Notes under the pieces: generated by a model | Database searches by the model: none | What the model was told of the DNA's origin: nothing | The model's input: the letters and a program-made list of their open reading frames with translations, nothing else | Program-made: the position numbers and the translations under genes | From: Eledone cirrhosa | Taxonomy: Eukaryota | Reading direction: 5' to 3' | NCBI GenBank assembly: GCA_964016885.1 | Contig: OZ024740.1 | Span: 341,558,001 to 341,622,000, forward strand | DNA: 64,000 nucleotides | In this document: positions 40,444 to 52,959 of the stretch, piece by piece | Layout of the letters: each line of letters starts with the position of its first letter | How positions within the stretch are numbered: the first letter of the stretch is position 1

Positions 40444-41089
40444 TTAACATCCTATTTGTTCCATGCTAGCTTAAGTTGGATGTGTTGTCACAGACCAAGT
40501 CAGCACTCAATCAGATGGACCAGGAGATGCTTCTTGCTTACATACCCTCCTATACTTTAAAAGTGTATTGGGTGCATTTTATTGTGTCACCAACACTAAG
40601 ATTGTCATGCCATTGACACAACTGGAGAGTTCTCTCTACCCTATGTTTGGCAGGATTTCTATAACTGGCTGTCTTTCCTAATTCCAAAAATTTTACAGGG
40701 TATAGTTGGTGCCTTTTATTGTGGCACCAGTATTATAGAAGGTAGGAGCAGGGTTGTGCCCTAAAGCGCTGTTCCTTATATATAAAAATATAATCATCAT
40801 CGTCATCATTTTATGTCTGTTTTCTATTCTGGCATTCATTGAATAGGTTTTCACATTTTGAAACTATGACAGGTCAGATGATTACATCATGCTCAGAAGC
40901 TCCATTTTGACATGGTTTCTATGGCTGGATGTCCTTCCTTACATCAGCCACTTTACAGAATGTACTGGGTGCATTTTATCATGGCACTAACACTACCTTT
41001 TTAAAGAATAGACTGAGTGAGTTTTATTGTGACACCAGCACATGGTCATGACTTGCTCAATCATAGTTGATATATTTCTAAACAACAAC

Positions 41090-41320
41090 AACACTATACT
41101 ACACAACACCACCCTACATTACACTACACCACAACAAATTATACTACAGCATACTATAGCACATCATGCTATTCTACACCACACTACACCACTATACTAC
41201 ACCACACAACACTCCACTACATTACACTACACCAAACTACACTACACCACATTACACCACACTACACCACACCACATTACACCACACTACACCACACCAC
41301 ATTATACTACATCATATCAT
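41090..41320. repeat. Degenerate (ACACT/ACTAC)n pentanucleotide repeat
   Basis: Direct reading. Confidence 0.85.
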
Positions 41321-41823
41321 ATTAAAGGCACATATGATGAAATATTTGAAAAAATATCAAATAGTAGTTGCTTAAATGCCTTTGTTAAAAAGTTTGATGG
41401 ATTAGGGCTGACCCAGTGCCAAAGAACATCTACAATAATGGTTTAACTCATTTGTGACCATATTTCTAACAAGAATATACTGCATCTCTGTTTTGCTTAT
41501 CAAAATAAAAAAATAAAAAATTATATTATATTAATAATAGTTTCTGATTTAGGCACAAAGCCAACGATTTTGGCGTGGGACGAGGAGTGGGGGGTCGATT
41601 AAATCAACCCGTGTATTACTGGTGCTATATTTATTGATCCTGTAAGGATGGAAGGCAAAGCTAACCATGGCAGGATTTGAACTCAACTTTCAACTTAATT
41701 ATAAAAGATAAATATTTAGCTATTGAAATGTAATATTATCTGTCATGTAATAATGAGTCTTCAGTACAACATTTTAATTTAAATTTGAACATTTTAACTG
41801 AACCAGTTTTGACCATGTTTGGT

Positions 41824-42047
41824 TTAATCCTGTAGCATTTAAGCTGGCTGTATCCACCCAGAATTCTCTCACTTCTTTCTGTTCAAACTGGCTGTAACCA
41901 GCTACTCATACTGATGTTAACGTATTGTTCTCAACATAAATAGTATATCAAAATCTCATAGATTTGATATTATGTGAGATAATTATTTGAGGTAAAGCCT
42001 TTACCATGAAAGTAAAATAGTATATATAGATTAATATAAATGCTAAA
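41824..42047 (-). mobile_element. piggyBac-like MITE
   Basis: Reverse copy of 632-860. Confidence 0.75.
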
Positions 42048-42117
42048 AAAAAAAAAGCATACTGATACATCTTTTACTTAGCACCCCTTATGTGCCAAAA
42101 ATATATTATTATATATT

Positions 42118-44080
42118 GGGCCTTCGGAAATAGTTGCTGAGATGCTGAAGGCATCTGGCACGGTGGGACACACCATGGTCACCCGCATAGTTAACCAAGT
42201 CGTACAGAATGGGGTTGTTCCGAAGGACTGGCATAGCAGCATCATCGTTAACTGTTATAAGGGTAAAGGAGACGCCCTAGATAGGAGTAACTATAGAGGC
42301 ATTAAATTAATCGACCAGGTCATGAAGGTCACGGAAAAAGTAATAGCGCAACTAATCAGAGAGAGAATTGATCTAGATGAAATGCAGTTCGGGTTTGTGT
42401 CAGGCAAAAGCACCACAGACGCTCTTTTCATAGTACGACAACTACAGGAGAAGTACCTAGCTAAAGGTAAACCCCTCTACTTAGCTTTTGTCGACCTGGA
42501 GAAAGCCTTCGACAGAGTCCCCCGCTCCATTATCTGGTGGGCTCTTAGAAAACTAGGCGTTGACGAATGGCTTGTGAGGGCTATACAAGCCATGTATAAA
42601 GAAACAGTCAGCAAGGTTAGAATTAACAACGAATATAGTGAAGAGTTTAGCGTAAAAGTTGGCGTCCATCAGGGCTCTGTTCTCAGCCCCCTACTATTTA
42701 TTATTGCCCTTCAGGCTATAACAGAGGAGTTCAAGACAGGCTGCCCATGGGAACTCCTATACGCAGACGACCTGACACTCATAGCGGAATCAATGGCCGA
42801 GCTAGAGAAGAAATTCCAAACATGGAAGCACGGCCTAGAGTCAAAAGGACTTAAAATTAACCTGGCTAAGACCAAAGTTCTAGTTTGTAGGAAAGAAAAC
42901 AAGGCGGCGGTCCCTTCTGGGAAATGGTCGTGCTCGGTATGTAGGAAAGGCGTAGGTAGAAACTCCATCTTATGTCCTAAATGCAAAGTATGGGTGCATA
43001 AAAGATGTAGTGGGATCACAGGTAAGCTAACTAAGAACATAGACTTTACATGTGGCCGGTGTTCTGGTGCAATAAGTAGCAGCAAGTGCCCACAAAATAC
43101 TAGCTCTTTCAATTGCGCAGAGGGTTCTATAGAAATAGTGGACAGCTTCCGTTACCTGGGCGATAAAATCAGCAGTGGGGGAGGGTGCTCTGAAAGTACT
43201 GTAGCTAGAGTCAGAACTGGTTGGAAAAAGTTCAGAGAGCTTATACCACTATTAGCTGCTAAAGGGTTCTCCCTAAAAATGAAAGGCAGGTTGTACGATG
43301 CCTGCATACGAACAGCAATGTTGCATGGTAGTGAGACCTGGGCATTGTGTGCAGAGGATATACGCAGACTAGAGAGGAACGAAGCTTGCATGCTCCGCTG
43401 GATGTGTAACAGTAATATACGTGAACGGCAAAGCATAAACGAACTAAGGAAAAAATTAGAGATAAGAGGGATCAGATGTTGTTTACTCGAGAGAAGGCTG
43501 CGTTGGTATGGACACGTGATGCGCATGAAAGTCGATAGCTGTATTACAAAGTGCAGGGCAATAAAGATAGACGGTAGCCACGGAATAGGCAGACCTAGAA
43601 AAACATGGGATGAGCTGATAAACTCCGACCTCACACACTTACACCTCTCCAAGACAATGTCACTGGACCGTGACCTTTGGCGGTACTCAGTAACAGAGAA
43701 GACCCGCCTTGCCAGTAGGCATCTCTAACAAAATACACCCCTCCCGCCGCCACCCCCACCCCATCCACACCACCCCGTTCTATGTAAAGTTATGTTGGTG
43801 CCGCGCCATCCAGGCCGAAACAAATGAGATCGTGTAGGTGTCACGACAAAAAAACACACAGTCCACGCTGTAATGTGGCCGTGTAGGCAACACGGTAAAA
43901 ACCTCCCAGACCCACACTGTAAATGTGGTTGGTGTTAGGAAGGGCATCCAACTGTAGAAAACCTGCCAGACAGTCCTATGCGAGCAAGACAATCACTCTT
44001 GCCTCAAGTGGGACTACCCCCGTCCAAACCCATGCAAGCGTGGAACACGGACGTTAAACGTTGATGATGATGATGATGAT
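42118..44080 (+). mobile_element. RTE LINE (PHD family), 5' truncated
   Basis: Uninterrupted RT ORF, 3'UTR, (GAT)n tail. Confidence 0.95.
42142..43728 (+). CDS. RTE ORF2 reverse transcriptase (N-truncated) with internal PHD-like finger
   Basis: NYRGIKL, QFGF, FVDLEKAFDRVP, GVHQGSVLSP, YADD, FRYLG. Confidence 0.92.
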   Translation: MLKASGTVGHTMVTRIVNQVVQNGVVPKDWHSSIIVNCYKGKGDALDRSNYRGIKLIDQVMKVTEKVIAQLIRERIDLDEMQFGFVSGKSTTDALFIVRQLQEKYLAKGKPLYLAFVDLEKAFDRVPRSIIWWALRKLGVDEWLVRAIQAMYKETVSKVRINNEYSEEFSVKVGVHQGSVLSPLLFIIALQAITEEFKTGCPWELLYADDLTLIAESMAELEKKFQTWKHGLESKGLKINLAKTKVLVCRKENKAAVPSGKWSCSVCRKGVGRNSILCPKCKVWVHKRCSGITGKLTKNIDFTCGRCSGAISSSKCPQNTSSFNCAEGSIEIVDSFRYLGDKISSGGGCSESTVARVRTGWKKFRELIPLLAAKGFSLKMKGRLYDACIRTAMLHGSETWALCAEDIRRLERNEACMLRWMCNSNIRERQSINELRKKLEIRGIRCCLLERRLRWYGHVMRMKVDSCITKCRAIKIDGSHGIGRPRKTWDELINSDLTHLHLSKTMSLDRDLWRYSVTEKTRLASRHL

Positions 44081-44952
44081 AAGTTATTTTGTGAAGCACA
44101 GGTCCAGACCAAGTAAAATAAAGCAAATTTAATCAATTATCTTATTAATTTTTACAATTTTTTTAAACGAAAAAATTAATATGTAATCCCAGTCTGGGGA
44201 AGTAAAATACCCCCCCCCCCCCCCACACACACACACACCAAAAAACAAAAAAACAAAAAAAAACGGCACTGACACTGGAGTTAAATATCTCTTGCTTTTT
44301 CATTAGAAAACTAAAACCAAAAATAAGTAATTGTTAAAGATTATGGTGTGGAATAGATATCTCTTGTTTTCTTGAACATGTCTGTAGTCTTTCTTCTGAT
44401 TTCCAGTGATAGAGTTTCAAACATATTCCACTTCCATTTCTCAAATCTCCAAGTTGGTTGACCTTTCTGAAGTGTTGCGTTAATTATTCTGTCCCACATA
44501 GGTTTTATTTCAAACATAAATGTCTGTCAAAAATCTGGATTGGTTTTCACTTGTTTATTGAGACAGTTTTGCTTCAGTTAAGACATTTCTACTTAATTCT
44601 ATTTGTTCTAGAAGAAAAGGGAAAATGGAAAAAATATATATATAATAATAAAGGAAAAGAGAAACTTGATATTGTGTTTTTCTTTACATAAATTCTTTCT
44701 CAATCGTCCTCCACCTCCTCTCTTTTCTATATCGTCATCATCGGACCACTTTTAATAAGTGGCTTCATCTGTTGTCTTGAAGCCTCAAGCAGCAGGAAAG
44801 CTTCCTTAGGAAGGAAATGTCTCCCCAAAAAAGGGGAATGGTCCAGTGGGAGCAGTACCTACATTCAGGATGTTCTTAGTTGAAGTCACTTTTTGATATC
44901 GTCTCAGTTTCCTGTTGTTATTTTCTGAATTCTGTGTTTGTGTTCTGAGAAC

Positions 44953-44983
<31 letters not shown>

Positions 44984-45239
44984 GCACACATACACACACA
45001 CACACATATATACACACAAACACCTACACACACCATGCACATACCACACACACATACATATTTATATATATATATTCATATACACATACAGGCTACATAA
45101 ATGTTAATGGGGACATAATATATATACATATATACATTTTTTCATGATTTAGTCAGTATAGGCTAGAACTCATGATTTATACAGGGCCTTCAAGACAGGT
45201 TGAGGAAGAGTGCAAATATACTCAGACCAGTAATCTAAC

Positions 45240-45370
45240 AGCAAATGTCTTCATACTCGATTTGGGTACTGTCACTGGTAAAATAGAAGAATAGAAGAAA
45301 TCCAAATGACAGGCTTTGACTGACCACTTCCTTTTTGTGCTGGTTAGTATTGGGACCTCCTAGTGTCATC
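45240..45370 (+). pseudogene. CRE-clade RLE remnant
   Basis: ttgactgaccacttcctttt matches 125-143; EE*KKSK*QALTDHFLF. Confidence 0.45.
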
Positions 45371-46069
45371 ATAAGACTGTGACATTTATTAGTAAAACAC
45401 TTAAGAAACATTGTATGAGATGCAGGTTTATAGGTGGTTATCTAAACTTATGTGTGAGTTGTAGCAACAAGAAATGTTATATATAAGAAGCAGAGGTGTA
45501 ACTAGGGAAAATAGTGCCTATGGCAAGCAGTGAAATTGTGCCCAAACATCTGACATTAATCTTTCAGAAAACCATAAAATCATCTCAAAAATAACAATTG
45601 CTTTCATTAATTTTTTAATTGAAAACATTACATGAAAATCACAACTGCATCTTCTTTGCTTTTACAGATGCAAATTTGTGTATGATGTGATCTAAGTTAG
45701 TTTTTTCAATTTATTCTGTTTCTACACTTCAGATCATACATCTGATGAAGTTTCTTCTTTCACTCTCTGACTATAATTTATCTGACTTTAATAGAAGGTG
45801 CTCCCAGTCCAAGTAACACTCCCCTCCAAGTGGCACTCATGGAACGTGCCATGCTTGCCATACTCAAGATGTGCCTCTGATAAGAAGTGACTTTGAGAAA
45901 TTATCTGAGAAAGAAAAATCAGAAGTAGCATGCAAGAGAGAAAACGGCATTGAAATGGACATGCAGTGTGCATGGATGATTGTTTTGGCTTGGTTTCTAT
46001 GGCTGGATTGCCCTTCCTAACAAACACCAATATATATATATATAACGTTAAAACAATGATGATGATTAT

Positions 46070-48694
46070 ATCATCATCATCATCATCATCATCAGGTTTA
46101 GCGTCCGTGTTCCACGCTTGCATGGGTTTGGACGGGGGTTTTCCCACTTGAGGCAAGAGTGGTTGTCTTGCTCGCATAGGACTGTCTGGCGGGTTTTCTA
46201 CAGTTGGATGCCCTTCCTAACACCAACCACATTTACAGTGTGGGGCTGGGAGGTTTTTACCGTGTTGCCTACACGGCCACATTACAGCGTGGACTGTCTG
46301 GCGGGTTTTCTACAGCTGGATGCCCTTCCTAACACCAACCACATTTACAGTGTGGGGCTGGGAGGTTTTTACCGTGTTGCCTACACGGCCAGATTTACAG
46401 CGTGGACTGTGTGTTTTTTGTCGTGACACCTACACGATCTCATTTGTTTCGGCCTGGATGTTGTGGGACCAACATAACTTTACATTGAAAGGGGCGGTGT
46501 GGGTGGGGTGGAGGTGGTGGGACGGGGGTGTGTTTTGATAGAGGTGCCTACTGACTGTAGTAGGTTTTTACTTTGTATTTAGGTAAGGCGGGTCTTCTCT
46601 ATTACTGAGTACCGCCAAAGGTCTCGGTCCAGTGACATTGTCTTGGAGAGGTGTAAGCGTGTGAGGTCGGAATTTATCAGCTCGTCCCATGTTTTTCTGG
46701 GTCTGCCTACTCCGTGGCTACCGTCTATCTTTATTGCCCTGCACTTTGTTATACAGCTGTCGTCTTTCATGCGCATCACGTGACCGTACCAACGTAGCCT
46801 TCTCTCGAGTAAACAACATCTGATCCCTCTTATTTCTAATTTTTTCCTTAGTTCGTTTATGCTTTGCCGTTCACGTATATTACTATTGCACATCCAGCGG
46901 AGCATGCAAGCTTCGTTCCTCTCTAGTCTGCGTATATCCTCTGCACACAATGCCCAGGTCTCACCGCCATGCAGCATTGCTGTTCGTATGCAGGCATCGT
47001 ATAACCTGCCTTTCATTTTTAGGGAGAACCCTCTAGCGGCTAATAGTGGTATAAGCTCTCTGAACTTTTTCCATCCAGTTCTGACTCTAGCTACTGTACT
47101 TTCAGAGCACCCTCCCCCACTGCTGATTTTGTCACCCAGATAACGGAAGCTGTCCACTATTTCTATAGAACCCTCTGCGCAGTTGAAGGAGCTAGTATTT
47201 TGTGGGCACTTGCTGCTACTTATTGCACCAGAGCACCGGCCACATGTAAAATCTATGTTCTTAGTTAGCTTACCTGTGATCCCACTACATCTTTTATGCA
47301 CCCATACTTTGCATTTGGGATATAAAATGGAGTTTCTACCTACGCCTTTCCTACACACTGAGCATGGCCATTTCCCCGATGGGACCGCCGCCTTATTTTC
47401 TTTCCTACAAACTAGAACTTTAGTCTTAGCCAGGTTAATTTTAAGGCCTTTTGATTCTAGGCCGTGCTTCCACGTTTGGAATTTCTTCTCTAGTTCGGTC
47501 ATTGATTCAGCTATGAGCGTTAGATCATCTGCGTATAGGAGTTCCCATGGGCAGCCGGTCTTGAACTCCTCTGTTATAGCCTGAAGGGCAATAATAAATA
47601 GTAGGGGGCTAAGTACAGAGCCCTGATGGACACCAACTTTTACGCTAAACTCTTCACTATATTCGTTGTTAATTCTAACCTTACTGACTGTTTCTTTATA
47701 CATGGCTTGTATAGCTCTCACAAGCCATTCGTCAACACCTAGTTTTCTAAGAGACCACCAGATAATGGAACGGGGGACTCTGTCGAAGGCTTTCTCCAAG
47801 TCGACAAAAGCTAAGTATAGGGGTTTACTTTTAGCTAGGTACTTCTCCTGTAGTTGTCGTACAATGAAAAGAGCGTCTGTGGTACTTTTGCCTGACACAA
47901 ACCCGAACTGCATTTCATCTAGATCAATTCTCTCTCTGATTAGTTGCGCTATTACTTTTTCCGTGACCTTCATGACCTGGTCGATTAATTTAATGCCTCT
48001 ATAGTTACTCCTATCTAGGGCATCTCCTTTTCCCTTATAGCAGTTAACGATGATGCTGCTACGCCATTCCTTCGGAACAACCCCATTCTGTACAACTTGG
48101 TTAACTATCCGGGTGACCATGGTGTGTCCCACCGAACCAGATGCCTTCAGCATCTCAGCAACTATTTCCGAAGGCCCAGCCGCCTTACCCGTCTTCATAT
48201 CTTTGATTGCCTTACTTATTATACTACCTTTAACTAACACTGCTGGTCCCTCTATTGGATCGATCTGGGGGAGACTGTCTTTCTCCCATTTGTTCTCCTC
48301 ATTTAGAAGCCTTTCGTAGTGACACTTCCAAGCTACCTTCTTATCAGCGTCGGTGATGGCAAGTATGCCATCATCGTTAAGTACACACTTCTCCCCGACA
48401 ATATCACGGTTTTCCTTGACACATTGCCTGGCAATCCTGAACACCTCACGTTTTTGGTCCTCACGTTGTAGAACATGCTTGAACTTTCTTTCCTCTGCTT
48501 CCCTTCTTGCGAAGTACACTTGTCTCCTAGCTTCCCTCCTGGCCACTTGATAGTCTTCTCTACTTCCCCCATCCCGCCATACTTTCCAAGCCTGCTTTTT
48601 GGCCTTAATTGACTCCTCCACCTTACTGTTCCACCACCATGTTACTCTCCTCCTACCTACAGGCCTGCTCCAGCCACAGACTTCGTCTGCCGCC
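46070..48694 (-). mobile_element. RTE LINE (PHD family), longest copy, 5' truncated
   Basis: Open frame from AADEVCG..TWWWN through RT to the stop; 3'UTR with duplicated module; tail. Confidence 0.95.
46579..48621 (-). CDS. RTE ORF2 reverse transcriptase (APE missing by truncation)
   Basis: GKAAGP, NYRGIKL, DLEKAFD, QGSVLSP, YADD; one PHD cysteine changed to Tyr (SILYPKC). Confidence 0.92.
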   Translation of the reverse strand: MEESIKAKKQAWKVWRDGGSREDYQVARREARRQVYFARREAEERKFKHVLQREDQKREVFRIARQCVKENRDIVGEKCVLNDDGILAITDADKKVAWKCHYERLLNEENKWEKDSLPQIDPIEGPAVLVKGSIISKAIKDMKTGKAAGPSEIVAEMLKASGSVGHTMVTRIVNQVVQNGVVPKEWRSSIIVNCYKGKGDALDRSNYRGIKLIDQVMKVTEKVIAQLIRERIDLDEMQFGFVSGKSTTDALFIVRQLQEKYLAKSKPLYLAFVDLEKAFDRVPRSIIWWSLRKLGVDEWLVRAIQAMYKETVSKVRINNEYSEEFSVKVGVHQGSVLSPLLFIIALQAITEEFKTGCPWELLYADDLTLIAESMTELEKKFQTWKHGLESKGLKINLAKTKVLVCRKENKAAVPSGKWPCSVCRKGVGRNSILYPKCKVWVHKRCSGITGKLTKNIDFTCGRCSGAISSSKCPQNTSSFNCAEGSIEIVDSFRYLGDKISSGGGCSESTVARVRTGWKKFRELIPLLAARGFSLKMKGRLYDACIRTAMLHGGETWALCAEDIRRLERNEACMLRWMCNSNIRERQSINELRKKLEIRGIRCCLLERRLRWYGHVMRMKDDSCITKCRAIKIDGSHGVGRPRKTWDELINSDLTRLHLSKTMSLDRDLWRYSVIEKTRLT

Positions 48695-48974
48695 TATATA
48701 TAGTAATAAAAAATGCAAGGACCGAAATCCAAAGAGGACTCGCATGTATGTGTATGTATGTATATATTTGAATGTGCACATGCAAACGCTTGTGCACATA
48801 CATGTACATGTGTATATATGTATATGTGTGTGTATCATTTTTATACACTATATCTTCGTTTATGCATGCATCCACACTGATCAGTACATAGTTATGTACG
48901 AGCCTAAATCCCAAAACATTGCTATTAATGTTCTCATTATCATCATTACTTTTATTATTATTAATATCTTAGAG

Positions 48975-49142
48975 GGTGGTGGATTGGCAGTATCGGTAGA
49001 GGGTCGGACGCCATGCTTTGACGCATAGAGTTACGGCCCTTGCCATTCTGAGTTCAAATCCCGCCGAGGTTAACTTTGCCTTTCATCATTATGGGGTCGA
49101 TAAAATAGGGTACCAGTAATGCCAAAAATTAGAAACAATTAT
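48975..49142 (+). mobile_element. tRNA-SINE family B
   Basis: Head and core match 38518-38706. Confidence 0.85.
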
Positions 49143-49521
49143 TATTAATACCTTCAGTATTTTTAATTTTAATCATATTACTTTTATTAATATCATTTTC
49201 TATATGTGGTAGCTGGAAATCATTTGGCTATTCTAAAAAAAATATTAGTCTTCTGATTTTCTCATAGCAAAAATAGGTTTTTTCCATAACAAGAATTTGT
49301 TCTTCTTGCTCCACATAATGATGTAATTTTCCTTGCATACATTTCGCCCATCTCAAGAGAACGTCTTCACACGCTACTGTCATATCTTCATGTTTTCTAA
49401 AGGCAATATTTGATCATAACTTGTTTGAAATCTACAGATTAATTTTTCTGTTTCAAAAGATCTTGCTTAGGGTGAAAGCAGAAATTTATTGCTTAAACTT
49501 TTAATCTGTACTAATATATAT

Positions 49522-49770
49522 ATAGGAAAATGTTCAAGACACTGACGGCAGATCTCAAGCCGTTTCCATGGGCCAGAATCCATGACTCGCTTGTTAGTTA
49601 TATTTCTTAACATGCTTATTTTATTATTATTTTATTTCTTAATATGCTTAGCAGGTTTCTTAATTTATATTTTTATTTCTTAATATACCTCACAGGCTTT
49701 TAAATTTATTTTTTCTAAATTAATGGATCTATAAATAATCAAGTGAGTCGTGAATTCTGGCCCACCCTGT
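49522..49770. mobile_element. Family H arm fused to a second foldback
   Basis: taggaaaatgttc..gacggcagatctcaagccgtttc followed by inverted repeat tgggccagaat..gactcgcttg / caagtgagtc..attctggccca. Confidence 0.55.
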
Positions 49771-50104
49771 ATATATATATATAAATATAAATTAGCGAGA
49801 ATCGTATTTCAGCTCAGGAATTAAGGAAAAACAACTTCTGAGATGTGTGGCAAGCGCTCGATGATTCATATGAATCAGATCAACAACATACGTTAAGGGC
49901 CAAACACACTGAGATGGTGGTTAAACAAATCATCTGCACAGCCAAAAAAAAACGACCAAGTAATTCGGGTCAAACAATAAAAATATATGTGATTGATATA
50001 TATATATGTGTGTGTGTGTGTGTGTAGATGTAATCTAACTCGTGCTAGCATGGAAAGTGGACATTAAACGATGATGATGATGATGATGTAGATATATATG
50101 TATA

Positions 50105-50510
50105 TCTAAAGTCTGTCTTAAGCCAGAAGGCTCATTTGACCGGTGCTTATCCCGGTTTAATGGCGTGAAGCAACGGAGAGTACAAGACTCCCTCTGGACA
50201 GGACGCCAGTTCATCGCAATATATGTATATATATGGGTATATATATAATTGTGAAGGCGCATGGCTTAGTGGTTAAAGCATTGGGCTTGCAATCGAAAGT
50301 GAGTTCAATTCTCGGACCGGGTGATGTGTTGTTTCCTTGAACAAGACACTTTATTTCACGTTGCTCCAGTTTACTCAGCTGTAGAAATGAGTACCGGCCA
50401 ACACGCCAAGCCAGTGGGATGGTGTTATCTTATGGCTAAAACAGCATGACGTGCTATGACCAACGGCGCCAATTGGTGCCCGACAGACTGGTCGGTCAAG
50501 GTGATCAAGG
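50105..50510. mobile_element. SINE tail remnant (minus, 50105-50220) and a family A head with a different tail (plus, 50252-50510)
   Basis: gcgatgaactggcgtcctgtccag..aaaccgggataagc tail; family A head and CORE followed by an unrelated 3' end. Confidence 0.7.
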
Positions 50511-50999
50511 TGATATATATAATTGGTGTTGGATGCTTAAAGCGTCTGTATGCGGTAGGCCGTATTTCTGTGATATATATATATGTTTTGTATTACTGTT
50601 GAGCTGGTCAATATCGCCATCTGGTATATAAATAAATATTTTATTTCTTAAAATACTATGATCCAGACAGCAAAAGTATAGAAGAAAATGTCACCAAACG
50701 ATTAAAATGTTGGATACTTGAGTTTCAGCTACGAATCAACATCAACCTTATATTTCCTTGTTTTGTCTACACTATATTGTTATTTGAGTTTACTTTTGAC
50801 AAACATTAAGCAACCTACTCCAGATTATAGAAATCTGACCTTGTCTGTAATAGCTTACTGATCGGTTTCTGGTTTTCTAATCTCAAGAGAAGTAAGAGAT
50901 CCAAATAAAAGTCTTGAATGTCTAAATGTTAAAATAATGTAAAAGAAGAGAAAGAATACTTTTAAAAATGCTGACTGAACAGCTAAAAAAAAAAAAATA

Positions 51000-51425
51000 A
51001 TGGTTTCTGATTTATTAGACACAAGGCCAACAGTTTTGGTGGTGGTGGGGGGAATTGGTTAAATCAACCCAGTGTGTTATTGTTACTTTATTTTATTGAC
51101 CCTCGAAAGGATGAAAGGCAAAGCTAACCTCGGTGGGATTTGAACTCAGGAGGTAAAGGGATGTAACTCTATGCCATAAAGTATGCCTGACGCTCTACTG
51201 ATTCTGCCAACCCCCTACCCTTTATAATAATAACAATGGTTTCTGATTTAGGCACAAGGCCAATCATTTTTTGGGGAGGGGAAAGTCGATTAAATTATTC
51301 ACAGTGCATTACTGGTACTTTATTTTATCGACCCTGAAAGGATGAAAGGCAAAGTTGACCATGGTGGGATGTGAACTCAGAAGGTAAAGGGACATAACTT
51401 TATGCTTCAAAGCATGGTGTCTGAC
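51000..51425 (-). mobile_element. Two tRNA-SINE family B copies
   Basis: Family B cores at 51085-51150 and 51310-51380. Confidence 0.8.
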
Positions 51426-51592
51426 AATAATAATGGTTTCTTTATTAACCACACAGGGCTCACATCATGAAAACATTAAGGATGGCACAGGATGGTACAA
51501 TGTGGGTTTTGGCCTGTAAAAATGTTTTAACAAAAACAAGGAAACAAAGAAAAACATATAGTTCCATCCCTGATCTTGGCCAGTTTTCTCTC

Positions 51593-51602
51593 TGGCTGGC
51601 TT

Positions 51603-51635
<33 letters not shown>

Positions 51636-52490
51636 ATGGCTGGCTGGCTGGCTGGCTGGATGGATGGATGGATGGCTGGATGGCTTGCTGGCTTGTTGGC
51701 TTGCTGGATGGCTTGCTGGCTGGATGGCTGGATGGTTGGCTGGCTTGCTGGCTGGCTGGATGGTCGGCTGGCTGGATGGTTGGAGGGATGGCTGGCTGGC
51801 TGGCTGGCTGGATGGTTGGTTGGAGGGCTGGCTGGCTGGCTGGCTGGATAGATGGATGGAGGGCTGGCTGGCTGTCTGGATGGCTGGATGGCTGGATAGA
51901 TGGATGGAGGGCTGGCTGGATGGCTGGCTGGCTGGATAGATGGATGGAGGGATGGCTGGATGGATGGATGGATGGATGGTTGGCTGGATGGAGGTTGGAG
52001 GGATGGCTGGCTGTCTGGCTGGCTGGATGGCTGGATGGTTGGATGGAGGGCTGGCTGGATGGCTGGATGGATGGATGGCTGGCTGTCTGGCTTGCTGGTT
52101 GACTGGCTTGCTGGCTGGCTGGATGGCTGGTTGACTGGCTTGCTGGCTGGATGGATGGCTTGCTGGCTGGATGGCTTGCTGGTTGGCTTGCTGGTTGACT
52201 GGCTTGCTGGCTGGCTGGCTGGCTGGTTGACTGGCTTGCTGGCTGGATGGATGGATGGATGGCTTGCTGGCTGGATGGCTTGCTGGTTGGCTTGCTGGTT
52301 GACTGGCTTGCTGGCTGGATGGATGGATGGATGGCTTGCTGGAGGGCTGGCTGGAGGGCTGGCTGGAGGGCTTGCTGGCTTGTTGGCTGGCTGGCTGGAT
52401 TGCTGGCTGGCTTGCTGGCTGGCTGGCTGGCTGGCTTGCTGGCTGGCTTGCTGGCTGGCTGGTTGGGTTGCTGGATGGATGGCTGGCTGG
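51593..52490. repeat. ~900-bp mosaic tetranucleotide repeat (GGCT/GGAT/TGCT)
   Basis: Direct reading. Confidence 0.95.
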
Positions 52491-52959
52491 TCAACTTAGT
52501 GCTTAACAGGCTTGTTGGTTGGCTTGTTGCTTTTTCATTTTTGTTGTTGTCACTGTTTCTGCTGTTGTCATTGTTGTTGCTGCTGTTGTCATTGCAGTTG
52601 TTGTATCTGCTACTGCTGTTGTTGGTGTTGTTGTGGCTGTTGTCGTTGGTGGTGGTGAAAGTGCCCTTGTTAGTGATGTCTATAGCGGTGGTGATGACAA
52701 TGGTGGTGATGTTATTACTATTACTCTTCAGAGTCCAGTCTGAATTGCTGTGATGATGAATGCTTTTCTTGAGGAACATTTTGCCATTCTAGCTGGATGT
52801 GGAAGGGGGTGCAACATTCATTTTCAAAAGCTTTATGGGCGTCAATTGAATTTTAAAATTCAAATATTTAGGCCAAATTTAAATGGGTGAAAGACAACAA
52901 ACTTACAACAGCAATTTGCAATACGTGCCAACAAATGAACAAAAAAAAAAAGATATTAA

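Noticed and set aside
42711-43652. Antisense ORFs over the RTE copies (also 46859-48550, 35399-36073)
   Set aside because: Shadow ORFs of the RT coding strand
45725-45755. CTGATGA within a small hairpin (also 30038, 26088, 58776)
   Set aside because: No correctly spaced GAAA, stem III and stem I, so not a hammerhead
51460-52779. 439-aa ORF and overlapping W/L/A/G-rich ORFs
   Set aside because: They are translations of a stop-free tetranucleotide and trinucleotide repeat mosaic; no evidence of a real protein
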